64,000 nt of DNA from Escherichia coli. Its GTDB lineage: Bacteria; Pseudomonadota; Gammaproteobacteria; Enterobacterales; Enterobacteriaceae. The stretch lies in the NCBI RefSeq assembly GCF_003334815.1, contig NZ_QOWO01000016.1; one strand, written 5' to 3'. Below, piece after piece: positions 49,390-57,059 of this stretch. Under the pieces are notes generated by a model. That model was not told the origin of the DNA and did no database searches. It saw nothing but the letters and a program-made list of their open reading frames with translations. A program made the position numbers and the translations under genes. Every line of letters starts with the position of its first letter. Position 1 is the stretch's first letter.

Positions 49390-49868
49390 TATGCAGCCCT
49401 CACGATATAGTTAAATGCAATATTTCGTGGACGGGTTTCACTCCCGCCAGTATTACCGATACTCCCTCGTGAATGAAGTGTCGGTGATGGGATCAGACTC
49501 CCTCCTGTATTTGTGGCATCAAGTCCCCGTCCTTGTGTGTATGTCTTTTTGAAAATCGTAGCCAGTTCCCATTCATCTTTTGTGTCGTAACCATCATTGG
49601 CAACAACAATATGGCGGTGTTTTTCCAGCATCCCTGTCTGAATGCTCAATAAAACACGTCCTGCATCAATACCGCGCCCGTCATCCCAGCCACGAATAAA
49701 CTCACCACGTAAATCAGGCAATTTATTTGTCGGATAAGCCTTTGCCAGTTCCGGGTATTCTTCAGCAGAAAAAGCCGCACCGTTGCATTTCAGCCAGCCT
49801 GTTGGCGGTGTGGCTGAAGGCCATGGAACAGGCACACCAACAGGTAATGCAGAGCCTTCTCCCAAACC
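49389..49868 (-). CDS. Alternative tail-fibre C-terminal cassette (promoterless, collar-domain type)
   Basis: Reads GLGEGSALPVGVPVPWPS...GWLKCNGAAFSAEEYPELAKAY...LPDLRGEFIRGW from the recombination site. It has no start of its own. Confidence 0.75.
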   Translation of the reverse strand, partial: GLGEGSALPVGVPVPWPSATPPTGWLKCNGAAFSAEEYPELAKAYPTNKLPDLRGEFIRGWDDGRGIDAGRVLLSIQTGMLEKHRHIVVANDGYDTKDEWELATIFKKTYTQGRGLDATNTGGSLIPSPTLHSRGSIGNTGGSETRPRNIAFNYIVRAA

Positions 49869-49882
49869 AACGTTTATGAAAA
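49857..49882. repeat. Invertase crossover site, right (inverted relative to the left site)
   Basis: TTCTCCCAAACC-AA-CGTTTATGAAAA. The first 14 nt are identical to the reverse complement of the left site. Confidence 0.75.
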
Positions 49883-49936
49883 TGCAGAAATAACGAGCAA
49901 ATGGCATCATTCCTGCTTTTGTCAGGGAGATCTACT

Positions 49937-50491
49937 ATGCTTATTGGCTATGTACGTGTGTCAACAAATGACCAGAACACAGATCTACAACGTAATGCGC
50001 TGAACTGTGCAGGATGCGAGCTGATTTTTGAAGACAAGATAAGCGGTACAAAGTCCGAAAGGCCGGGACTGAAAAAACTGCTCAGGACATTATCGGCAGG
50101 TGACACTCTGGTTGTCTGGAAGCTGGATCGGCTGGGGCGTAGTATGCGGCATCTGGTCATTCTGGTTGAGGAGTTGCGCGAACGTGGCGTTAATTTTCGC
50201 AGCCTGACGGATGCTATTGATACCAGCACACCGATGGGGCGTTTTTTCTTTCATGTGATGGGTGCCCTGGCTGAAATGGAACGAGAACTGATTGTTGAAC
50301 GAACAAAAGCTGGACTGGAAGCTGCTCGCGCACAGGGACGAATTGGGGGACGTCGTCCCAAACTTACACCAGAACAATGGGCGCAGGCCGGGCGATTAAT
50401 TGCATCAGGCGTTCCTCGCCAGAAGGTGGCGATCATCTATGATGTTGGTGTATCGACACTGTATAAGAAGTTTCCGGTCGGAGATAAATGA
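49937..50491 (+). CDS. pin: Serine DNA invertase (Pin/Gin/Cin/Hin family)
   Basis: 184 aa from MLIGYVRVSTNDQNTDLQRNAL with a C-terminal HTH. Confidence 0.93.
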   Translation: MLIGYVRVSTNDQNTDLQRNALNCAGCELIFEDKISGTKSERPGLKKLLRTLSAGDTLVVWKLDRLGRSMRHLVILVEELRERGVNFRSLTDAIDTSTPMGRFFFHVMGALAEMERELIVERTKAGLEAARAQGRIGGRRPKLTPEQWAQAGRLIASGVPRQKVAIIYDVGVSTLYKKFPVGDK

Positions 50492-50590
50492 AACCGCAGG
50501 CTCGTCGTATGCAAGAAAGTGCTGCGGCTGGCTGGTTAACTTCCGATAGTGAGAGTATTGAATGATTTCCAGTCGTTATCGATTTTACGT
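50489..50590. repeat. Direct repeat copy 1 (~102 bp)
   Basis: tgaaaccgcaggctcgtcgtatgcaag...gattttacgt. By my hand count it differs at about 7 positions from 53774-53875. It contains the hairpin ccgcag..ctgcgg. Confidence 0.85.
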
Positions 50591-50849
50591 ATTTTTTGCA
50601 TGAGATGATTTGAACGCCCTAGCACCAACCGTTCATGATTGCACGCCACTGTCTCTAGAACTGCTATGAGCATGAAGCCGCTGTTCAAACTAAGAATTTA
50701 TATGGCACTAACAGAAAAAATGTTACATATATGTTGAGCTTTAACGCAACATAGACATGTTCTATAGTTTGTGTCTCACCACCAGTTGAAAAAAAACGAA
50801 AATAGATTAACAATGTTCAGAAGAAACCTTCATAATAGAAGAGGTATAA

Positions 50850-51104
50850 ATGGGTAAGATTATTCGGTGGATGCTTTTTTTTGTCGGATTATTTTCCGTT
50901 GCATATTCAATATATAAATATCAACAATCTCCGCAGAGTTTATTTTACATAATCGGTGCTATAGGAACACTTTTATCTGCTACATGTGGTTTACTTGAGA
51001 TAAAAAGCAAGAAATCGAATGGCAGTATAACTGCTGGCGACAACTCAAATATCGTTGTCATTAATGGTTCAGAAAACACATCAAAAATAAAAAATAGAGG
51101 GTGA
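50850..51104 (+). CDS. Small 2-TM membrane protein with a hydrophilic GDNSN-motif tail (unknown function)
   Basis: 84 aa with SD gaggt and two hydrophobic helices. The tail is ...ITAGDNSNIVVINGSENTSKIKNRG. Very AT-rich. Confidence 0.6.
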   Translation: MGKIIRWMLFFVGLFSVAYSIYKYQQSPQSLFYIIGAIGTLLSATCGLLEIKSKKSNGSITAGDNSNIVVINGSENTSKIKNRG

Positions 51105-51106
51105 TT

Positions 51107-52042
51107 ATGTTTGATAAAGAGGTTAACTTAGGAGACAACTCAAACGTAGTAAAAACAGAAGGGAATAACAACACAACAATAATAAATAATTTTGATGAGA
51201 AGTTTATAGGTCACGTTGTAAGATCCATGCTTTATGAAAGTATGCCTTCCTTTCAAGAAGAAGCTAGAAAAAAGATAATTGCGTCAACTGATGAATACAT
51301 TAGAGAGCTAATATCTGAGTTAGTAATTCAAAAAACAGATGCAGATACATTAAACCAAAAACTATCAACGCCTGACGTTCAATACTCTCTTTTTGAATCA
51401 GCTAAATGTTTTGCAAAAAATCCAGAAAGAACAGCAAAATCAACTCTGTTAAATTTAGTTGTAAAAAAAATAAATGAATTGGATGGAGATCATGAAGAGC
51501 TTTCCTCTATCGATCTGGCAATAAACGTCGCTACAAAACTTAGCGTAAAGCAAATAAGGTATATATCTTTAATATACTATATTAAAGATATTGTAAAAAT
51601 ATCACAAGATAGTGCCGGCGCTTATTGCATAATAGATCCTTCAAAAGATACAACAGAAGAAGTTGACGATTTCTTTTTATTCCCAAATGATATAAAAAGG
51701 AACAAGCAGGATGTTTATGATCTTTATATCGATCTATATAACAATCAAATGGATGTTGTATTTAAAGATGAAGAGATTGGCCCAGTTGATTATAGTATGC
51801 TTATAGCATTGGGTTGTATCATTCAACCTGCATTCCCTCAGCGAACATTTGTACAAAATGTAAAGAAAAGAACAGGATTAGATTTAAACGACAGCGAACA
51901 AAAATTAAAGCTATCGACATTCATTGAGAAAATAGAAAAAGCTATAGAGATAGATTCTGTCGATTATATAGTATTAACTACGGTTGGTAGACAAATAGCT
52001 AACGCCTATATATCAACAAGAATGAGATTAGTTAACTTATAA
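51107..52042 (+). CDS. Uncharacterised 311-aa cytoplasmic protein, coupled to the 84-aa ORF
   Basis: ATG at 51107 (or GTG 51101, overlapping the upstream TGA). The N-terminus is ..VNLGDNSNVVKTEGNNNTTIINN. I see no catalytic motif I can recognise. Very AT-rich. Confidence 0.6.
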   Translation: MFDKEVNLGDNSNVVKTEGNNNTTIINNFDEKFIGHVVRSMLYESMPSFQEEARKKIIASTDEYIRELISELVIQKTDADTLNQKLSTPDVQYSLFESAKCFAKNPERTAKSTLLNLVVKKINELDGDHEELSSIDLAINVATKLSVKQIRYISLIYYIKDIVKISQDSAGAYCIIDPSKDTTEEVDDFFLFPNDIKRNKQDVYDLYIDLYNNQMDVVFKDEEIGPVDYSMLIALGCIIQPAFPQRTFVQNVKKRTGLDLNDSEQKLKLSTFIEKIEKAIEIDSVDYIVLTTVGRQIANAYISTRMRLVNL

Positions 52043-52063
52043 ATATCTCATATTTCTTCATCC

Positions 52064-52099
52064 AAGGTGGTGGCTTCATCATCCACCGCCTTCTTTTCT
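52064..52099 (+). terminator. Rho-independent terminator of the two-gene module
   Basis: aaggtggtgg-cttcatcat-ccaccgcctt followed by cttttct. Confidence 0.65.
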
Positions 52100-52103
52100 G
52101 CTC

Positions 52104-52265
52104 TTAAGAGTAGTGAACAAACCACTCGTCAGCAAACTCCCAAGTATCTTTCAGAGTCTCCTGAACAAAAGCCTTAGCAGAATCCTTATCTGCGGTGTAC
52201 GTAACAGGAAAATCATCGCTATGGTAGCTTTGACGCTCACCCCCATACCATAAAATATCAAGAGA
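52104..52265 (-). pseudogene. dinI-like remnant (C-terminal part only, no start codon)
   Basis: The minus frame reads ...[37 protein letters not shown]. About 100 nt are roughly 90 percent identical (hand count) to the 3' end of the intact copy at 53881-54129. Confidence 0.8.
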
Positions 52266-52445
52266 TTACGACTCATTTCCCCATGACTCTTCACCAACCA
52301 ACAGTTCTATCAACATAAGATGTAAACTCATAAACTAAGCAAGATAAAAAAATTAACAGAATTTTGTTGATTTCATGTCTGTGGAGTGTTAACTTAAAAT
52401 GAGACCTGAAGTACTGAAGGTCTTTGACACACTGGAGAAGCAACT

Positions 52446-52805
52446 ATGTTAACGCCGTTTGGTAAGACAGTAAGAAAAATGCGCATAGACTTGGGGCTTA
52501 CGCTTAAAAGCATGGCTGAGGCTATGGGCATGACCTCGTCTTATCTTTCAGCGATCGAAACTGGTAAAAGGGCGGTCACTAAGCCCGTGCTTGATAGCAT
52601 CATTAGCTATTTTAATGCGGATGAAAAACAAAAAGAAAAGCTTATCAGTGCAGCTCGTGACTCTCAGCAGTCAGTAGAGATCAGCTTGTCAGGTAAGAAT
52701 GGCCACGCTCGTGAAGTCGCAATTGCGTTCGCTCGTAGTTTTGATGAATTAAATGAAGAAGACTTCCGTAATTTACGACAGATTTTGAATCGAAAACAGC
52801 AGTAG
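52446..52805 (+). CDS. XRE-family HTH regulator
   Basis: 119 aa with FGKTVRKMRIDLGLTLKSMAEAMGMTSSYLSAIETGKR. The direct repeat ctgaag-ta-ctgaag lies at 52406-52419 upstream. Confidence 0.8.
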   Translation: MLTPFGKTVRKMRIDLGLTLKSMAEAMGMTSSYLSAIETGKRAVTKPVLDSIISYFNADEKQKEKLISAARDSQQSVEISLSGKNGHAREVAIAFARSFDELNEEDFRNLRQILNRKQQ

Positions 52806-52813
52806 GAGGCGGC

Positions 52814-53335
52814 TTGAGCGGACAAGATTATCGTGTACCTCCGCAGAATCGTGAATCAATACGTTCTATCGTCACATCTCTGCGGAGCGCATTTGGTATT
52901 ACTGGGCTTAAATTCCCTGTAATGGAGGTAATTGAGTTCGCATTGCCTCAGTTGATCCCGGATTTTGAGTTCCACATTGGTGGCATGAAAGAAATGGGAG
53001 AAACGCATGGTCTTACGTACCCACAGGAACATTTATTGATTCTGCGCGAAGACATTTACGAAGGCGCTTTGAATGGGGTAGGGCGAGATAGGATGACTGC
53101 CGCGCATGAATTGGGTCATCTTCTTATGCACAGGAACATCGCATTTGCTCGTTCTGCCCCAGGGGTAAAAATCCGCCCTTTTGAGAGTAGTGAATGGCAA
53201 GCTAAATGTTTTAGTGGTGAGTTATTAGTGCCGGCTATGCATGTCAGTATTTTAAAAGGTATGACGGCTGAGGATGTTGCTAAGGCATGCGGAGTTTCAT
53301 TAGTGGCAGCGCGTTATCAGCTAGACAGAATGTAA
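52814..53335 (+). CDS. ImmA/IrrE-family zinc metallopeptidase
   Basis: 173 aa with a TTG start, the HEXXH motif AAHELGHLLMH, and pairing with an upstream XRE gene. Confidence 0.75.
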   Translation: MSGQDYRVPPQNRESIRSIVTSLRSAFGITGLKFPVMEVIEFALPQLIPDFEFHIGGMKEMGETHGLTYPQEHLLILREDIYEGALNGVGRDRMTAAHELGHLLMHRNIAFARSAPGVKIRPFESSEWQAKCFSGELLVPAMHVSILKGMTAEDVAKACGVSLVAARYQLDRM

Positions 53336-53338
53336 AAA

Positions 53339-53373
53339 CCCCTTGCTTGGCGCCAACCAGTGCAAGGGGCTTT
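53339..53373 (+). terminator. Hairpin / putative terminator after the ImmA gene
   Basis: ccccttgc...gcaagggg, an 8-bp stem with a weak T tract. Confidence 0.45.
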
Positions 53374-53492
53374 AGGTGATGAATCCAAGAGGCATCACCA
53401 CCGTGAACAGCTTCGATAGACAGCCTGAAATTAACACCTTCAGGGAAGATGTTCAAGGGAAAAATCTCTCTTGGTAAGGAGGTGTTTTATGA

Positions 53493-53642
53493 ATGGGTTT
53501 GAAATCAATTGCTTCAAAAGCGGCGCCCAAAGGGTTCCGTTGGGTTTTCTGCCGTTACCGCAAGGTGCGTGGGAAATCAAAAAAAGTCCTTGATGCTCAT
53601 GATTACGGGTACGAGGCGTGGGCATTTTTAGTGCGCTGCTAA
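53493..53642 (+). CDS. Unannotated 49-aa basic ORF
   Basis: taaggagg SD, then MGLKSIASKAAPKGFRWVFCRYRKVRGKSKKVLDAHDYGYEAWAFLVRC*, followed by a strong terminator. It is below the ORF-track size cut-off. Confidence 0.5.
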   Translation: MGLKSIASKAAPKGFRWVFCRYRKVRGKSKKVLDAHDYGYEAWAFLVRC

Positions 53643-53655
53643 GGGTTAGTATTTA

Positions 53656-53680
53656 AGGCACCTGCGGGTGCCTTTTTTGT
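53656..53680 (+). terminator. Rho-independent terminator
   Basis: aaggcacc-tgcg-ggtgcctt followed by ttttg. Confidence 0.8.
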
Positions 53681-53773
53681 ATCCTCTGACCCGATTGGTG
53701 TCTTGCTGAGCCTGATAACTACCAATTTTTGTTATTACTATTCTACTATCGCTCAATCATGATTGGCGGGAGT

Positions 53774-53875
53774 TGAAACCGCAGGCACGTCGTATGCAAG
53801 AACGTGCTGCGGCTGGCTGGTGAACTTCCGATAGTGCGAGTATTGAATGATTTCCAGCCGTTACAGATTTTACGT
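53774..53875. repeat. Direct repeat copy 2 (~102 bp), abutting the dinI-like stop codon
   Basis: See 50489-50590. Confidence 0.85.
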
Positions 53876-53880
53876 GCTAA

Positions 53881-54129
53881 TTAGTGAACAAACCACTCGT
53901 CAGCAGACTCCCAGGTATCTTTCAGAGTTTCCTGAACAAAAGTTTTAGCTGAATCTTTATCGGCGGTGCGCGTAACAGAAAGGCCATCGTTGCTGGTGGC
54001 TTTTACGATCACCTCTACATCGTCATAACGCTTACTGATGCGTCGAGTTAATTCTTCCTTTAACGCATCCACAGCACCGTTTGGCATTTTAGTCATTTTC
54101 TCTTTAGCTATGCAGATCTCAATACGCAT
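53881..54129 (-). CDS. dinI: DinI-family SOS-inducible protein
   Basis: 82 aa, [11 protein letters not shown]...[23 protein letters not shown], with LexA boxes in its promoter. Confidence 0.85.
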   Translation of the reverse strand: MRIEICIAKEKMTKMPNGAVDALKEELTRRISKRYDDVEVIVKATSNDGLSVTRTADKDSAKTFVQETLKDTWESADEWFVH

Positions 54130-54144
54130 AAAAATCCCTCTACA

Positions 54145-54188
54145 CTGTGTTTGTATACAGTGTTATTTTTAACTGTATAAATAAACAG
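54145..54188. promoter_or_regulatory. Two LexA (SOS) boxes in the dinI-like promoter
   Basis: CTGTGTTTGTATACAG (54145-54160) and CTGTATAAATAAACAG (54173-54188) both fit CTGT-N8-ACAG. The second fills the 17-nt spacer between the minus-strand TTGACA (54190-54195) and TAAAAA. Confidence 0.75.
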
Positions 54189-54213
54189 TGTCAATGGAAC
54201 AAAGATTGCTGCA

Positions 54214-54328
54214 TGTACAAATGTTCTTTGGCTACAAATACACCTACTGATCATGTTCTGCTATGCTCTGATACCTCCAAAATGTACAATCAGCGGCATG
54301 AATTTTTCTTTGTACATATGATTGTACA
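54214..54328. promoter_or_regulatory. Cluster of four TGTACA motifs in the attR arm
   Basis: TGTACA at 54214, 54283, 54311 and 54323, mirroring the cluster at 12651-12707. Confidence 0.4.
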
Positions 54329-54348
54329 TAATTAAAGAGACAACAATT

Positions 54349-55935
54349 ATGACAAGCCTTTTGGCCGCAGAGGTAGCGAAAAGAAGAACCTTTGCAATTA
54401 TTTCTCACCCGGACGCCGGTAAAACTACCATCACCGAGAAGGTGCTGCTGTTCGGACAGGCCATTCAGACCGCCGGTACAGTAAAAGGCCGTGGCTCTAA
54501 CCAGCACGCTAAGTCGGACTGGATGGAGATGGAAAAGCAGCGTGGGATCTCCATTACCACGTCTGTGATGCAGTTTCCGTATCACGACTGCCTGGTTAAC
54601 CTGCTCGACACCCCGGGGCACGAAGACTTCTCGGAAGATACCTATCGTACCCTGACGGCGGTGGACTGCTGCCTGATGGTTATCGACGCTGCAAAAGGTG
54701 TTGAAGATCGTACCCGCAAGCTGATGGAAGTTACCCGTCTGCGCGACACGCCGATCCTCACCTTTATGAACAAACTTGACCGTGATATCCGCGACCCGAT
54801 GGAGCTGCTCGATGAAGTTGAGAACGAGCTGAAAATCGGCTGTGCACCGATCACCTGGCCGATTGGCTGCGGCAAGCTGTTTAAAGGCGTTTACCACCTT
54901 TATAAAGATGAAACCTATCTCTATCAGAGCGGTAAAGGCCACACCATTCAGGAAGTCCGCATTGTTAAAGGGCTGAATAACCCGGATCTCGACGCTGCGG
55001 TTGGTGAAGATCTGGCGCAGCAGCTGCGTGATGAACTGGAGCTGGTGAAAGGCGCGTCTAACGAGTTCGACAAAGAATTGTTCCTTGCGGGCGAAATCAC
55101 TCCGGTATTCTTCGGTACTGCGCTGGGTAACTTCGGCGTTGATCATATGCTGGATGGCCTGGTGGAGTGGGCACCTGCGCCGATGCCGCGTCAGACTGAT
55201 ACCCGTACTGTAGAAGCGAGCGAAGACAAATTTACCGGCTTCGTATTTAAAATTCAGGCCAACATGGACCCGAAACACCGTGACCGCGTGGCGTTTATGC
55301 GCGTGGTATCCGGTAAATATGAAAAAGGCATGAAGCTGCGCCAGGTGCGCACTGCGAAAGATGTGGTGATCTCCGACGCGCTGACCTTTATGGCGGGCGA
55401 CCGTTCGCACGTTGAAGAAGCGTATCCGGGCGATATCCTCGGCCTGCATAACCACGGCACTATTCAGATCGGCGACACCTTTACCCAGGGTGAGATGATG
55501 AAGTTCACTGGTATTCCGAACTTCGCGCCGGAACTGTTCCGTCGTATCCGCCTGAAAGATCCGCTGAAGCAAAAACAGCTGCTCAAAGGGCTGGTACAGC
55601 TTTCCGAAGAGGGCGCGGTGCAGGTGTTCCGTCCGATCTCCAACAACGACCTGATCGTTGGTGCAGTTGGTGTGCTGCAGTTTGATGTGGTGGTATCGCG
55701 CCTGAAGAGCGAATACAACGTTGAAGCAGTGTATGAGTCAGTCAACGTTGCCACTGCCCGCTGGGTAGAATGTGCGGACGCGAAGAAATTCGAAGAGTTC
55801 AAGCGTAAGAACGAAAGCCAACTGGCGCTTGATGGCGGCGATAACCTCGCTTACATCGCTACCAGCATGGTAAACCTGCGCCTGGCGCAGGAACGTTATC
55901 CGGACGTTCAGTTCCACCAGACCCGCGAGCATTAA
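54349..55935 (+). CDS. prfC: Peptide chain release factor 3 (RF3) with a phage-derived N-terminus
   Basis: 528 aa from [27 protein letters not shown].... From [12 protein letters not shown] onward it matches RF3. Codons 1-9 differ from the native [10 protein letters not shown]. Confidence 0.95.
54397..54410. repeat. attR core
   Basis: attatttctcaccc. Confidence 0.8.
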
Positions 55936-56327
55936 TTCTTGCCTCCAGGGCGCGGTAGCCGCTGCGCCCTGTCAATTTCCCTTCCTTATTAGCCGCTTAC
56001 GGAATGTTCTTAAAACATTCACTTTTGCTTATGTTTTAGCTGATATCCCGAGCGGTTTCAAAATTGTGATCTATATTTAACAAAGTAATGACATTTCTGA
56101 CGGCGTTAAATACCGTTCAATGCGTAGATATCAGTATCTAAAGCCGTCGATTGTCATTCTACCGATATTAATAACTGATTCAGAGGCTGTAATGGTCGTT
56201 ATTCATCACCCATCGCTTTTGTGATGGCGGCCATTGACTTCTGTAGAGGGTGAAGTCTCTCCCTATTCAGCAATGCAACCTCGTGTTGCCAGGCTCAAAT
56301 TATGAGCAAACATACAGGAATAAATCG

Positions 56328-56933
56328 ATGACTATGACAAGACTGAAGATTTCGAAAACTCTGCTGGCTGTAATGTTGACCTCTGCCGTCGCGACCGGCT
56401 CTGCCTACGCGGAAAACAACGCGCAGACTACCAATGAAAGCGCAGGGCAAAAAGTCGATAGCTCTATGAATAAAGTCGGTAATTTCATGGATGACAGCGC
56501 CATCACCGCGAAAGTGAAGGCGGCCCTGGTGGATCATGACAACATCAAGAGCACCGATATCTCTGTCAAAACCGATCAAAAAGTCGTGACCCTGAGCGGT
56601 TTCGTTGAAAGCCAGGCTCAGGCCGAAGAGGCAGTGAAAGTGGCCAAAGGCGTTGAAGGCGTGACCTCTGTCAGCGACAAACTGCACGTTCGCGACGCTA
56701 AAGAAGGCTCTGTGAAGGGCTACGCGGGTGACACCGCCACCACCAGTGAAATCAAAGCCAAACTGCTGGCGGACGATATCGTTCCTTCACGTAAAGTGAA
56801 AGTTGAAACCACCGATGGTGTGGTTCAGCTCTCCGGTACCGTAGATTCTCAGGCACAAAGTGACCGTGCTGAAAGTATCGCCAAAGCGGTAGATGGTGTG
56901 AAAAGCGTTAAAAATGATCTGAAAACTAAGTAA
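56328..56933 (+). CDS. osmY: Periplasmic hyperosmotically inducible protein OsmY (two BON domains)
   Basis: 201 aa from [17 protein letters not shown]. Confidence 0.95.
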   Translation: MTMTRLKISKTLLAVMLTSAVATGSAYAENNAQTTNESAGQKVDSSMNKVGNFMDDSAITAKVKAALVDHDNIKSTDISVKTDQKVVTLSGFVESQAQAEEAVKVAKGVEGVTSVSDKLHVRDAKEGSVKGYAGDTATTSEIKAKLLADDIVPSRKVKVETTDGVVQLSGTVDSQAQSDRAESIAKAVDGVKSVKNDLKTK

Positions 56934-57059
56934 TTCGTCGTAATTCGTCCTCCCGAACTTTGTCGGGAGGCGCGATGTGCACCACACTAAAAATATCGCA
57001 TTGAGTGATTTTCACGCTCATATCAAGCGGTGACATTAACTATGGTAAAGGAGACGCTT

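Larger units (their letters stand above)
47976..49870. other. Invertible tail-fibre segment (~1.9 kb, Mu G / e14 P-region-like)
   Basis: Bounded by the inverted 26-bp sites. It contains two convergent sets of fibre C-terminus plus chaperone, with the invertase gene adjacent. Confidence 0.8.
12473..54410 (+). mobile_element. Prophage (~41.9 kb) integrated in prfC, with a lambdoid early region, HK97-type head and Mu-type myovirus tail
   Basis: A 14-bp identical core attatttctcaccc occurs at 12473-12486 and 54397-54410. The integrase is adjacent to attL. A complete set of immunity, replication, lysis, packaging, head and tail genes lies between the cores. Confidence 0.92.

Noticed and set aside
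49869-49910. The N-terminal 'MMPFARYFCIFIN' of track ORF 49389-49910.
   Set aside because: This part lies outside the invertible segment, beyond the crossover site, and overlaps the invertase upstream region. The cassette is a promoterless C-terminal module, not an independent gene.
53440-53625. A 61-aa minus-strand ORF from the track.
   Set aside because: It has no SD and lies antisense to a plus-strand unit with a perfect SD and terminator (the 49-aa ORF), which explains the region better.
54244-55572. A 442-aa minus-strand ORF.
   Set aside because: It is an antisense shadow ORF of prfC, whose plus-strand product is unmistakably RF3. The translation is His/Arg/Phe-rich with no motifs.
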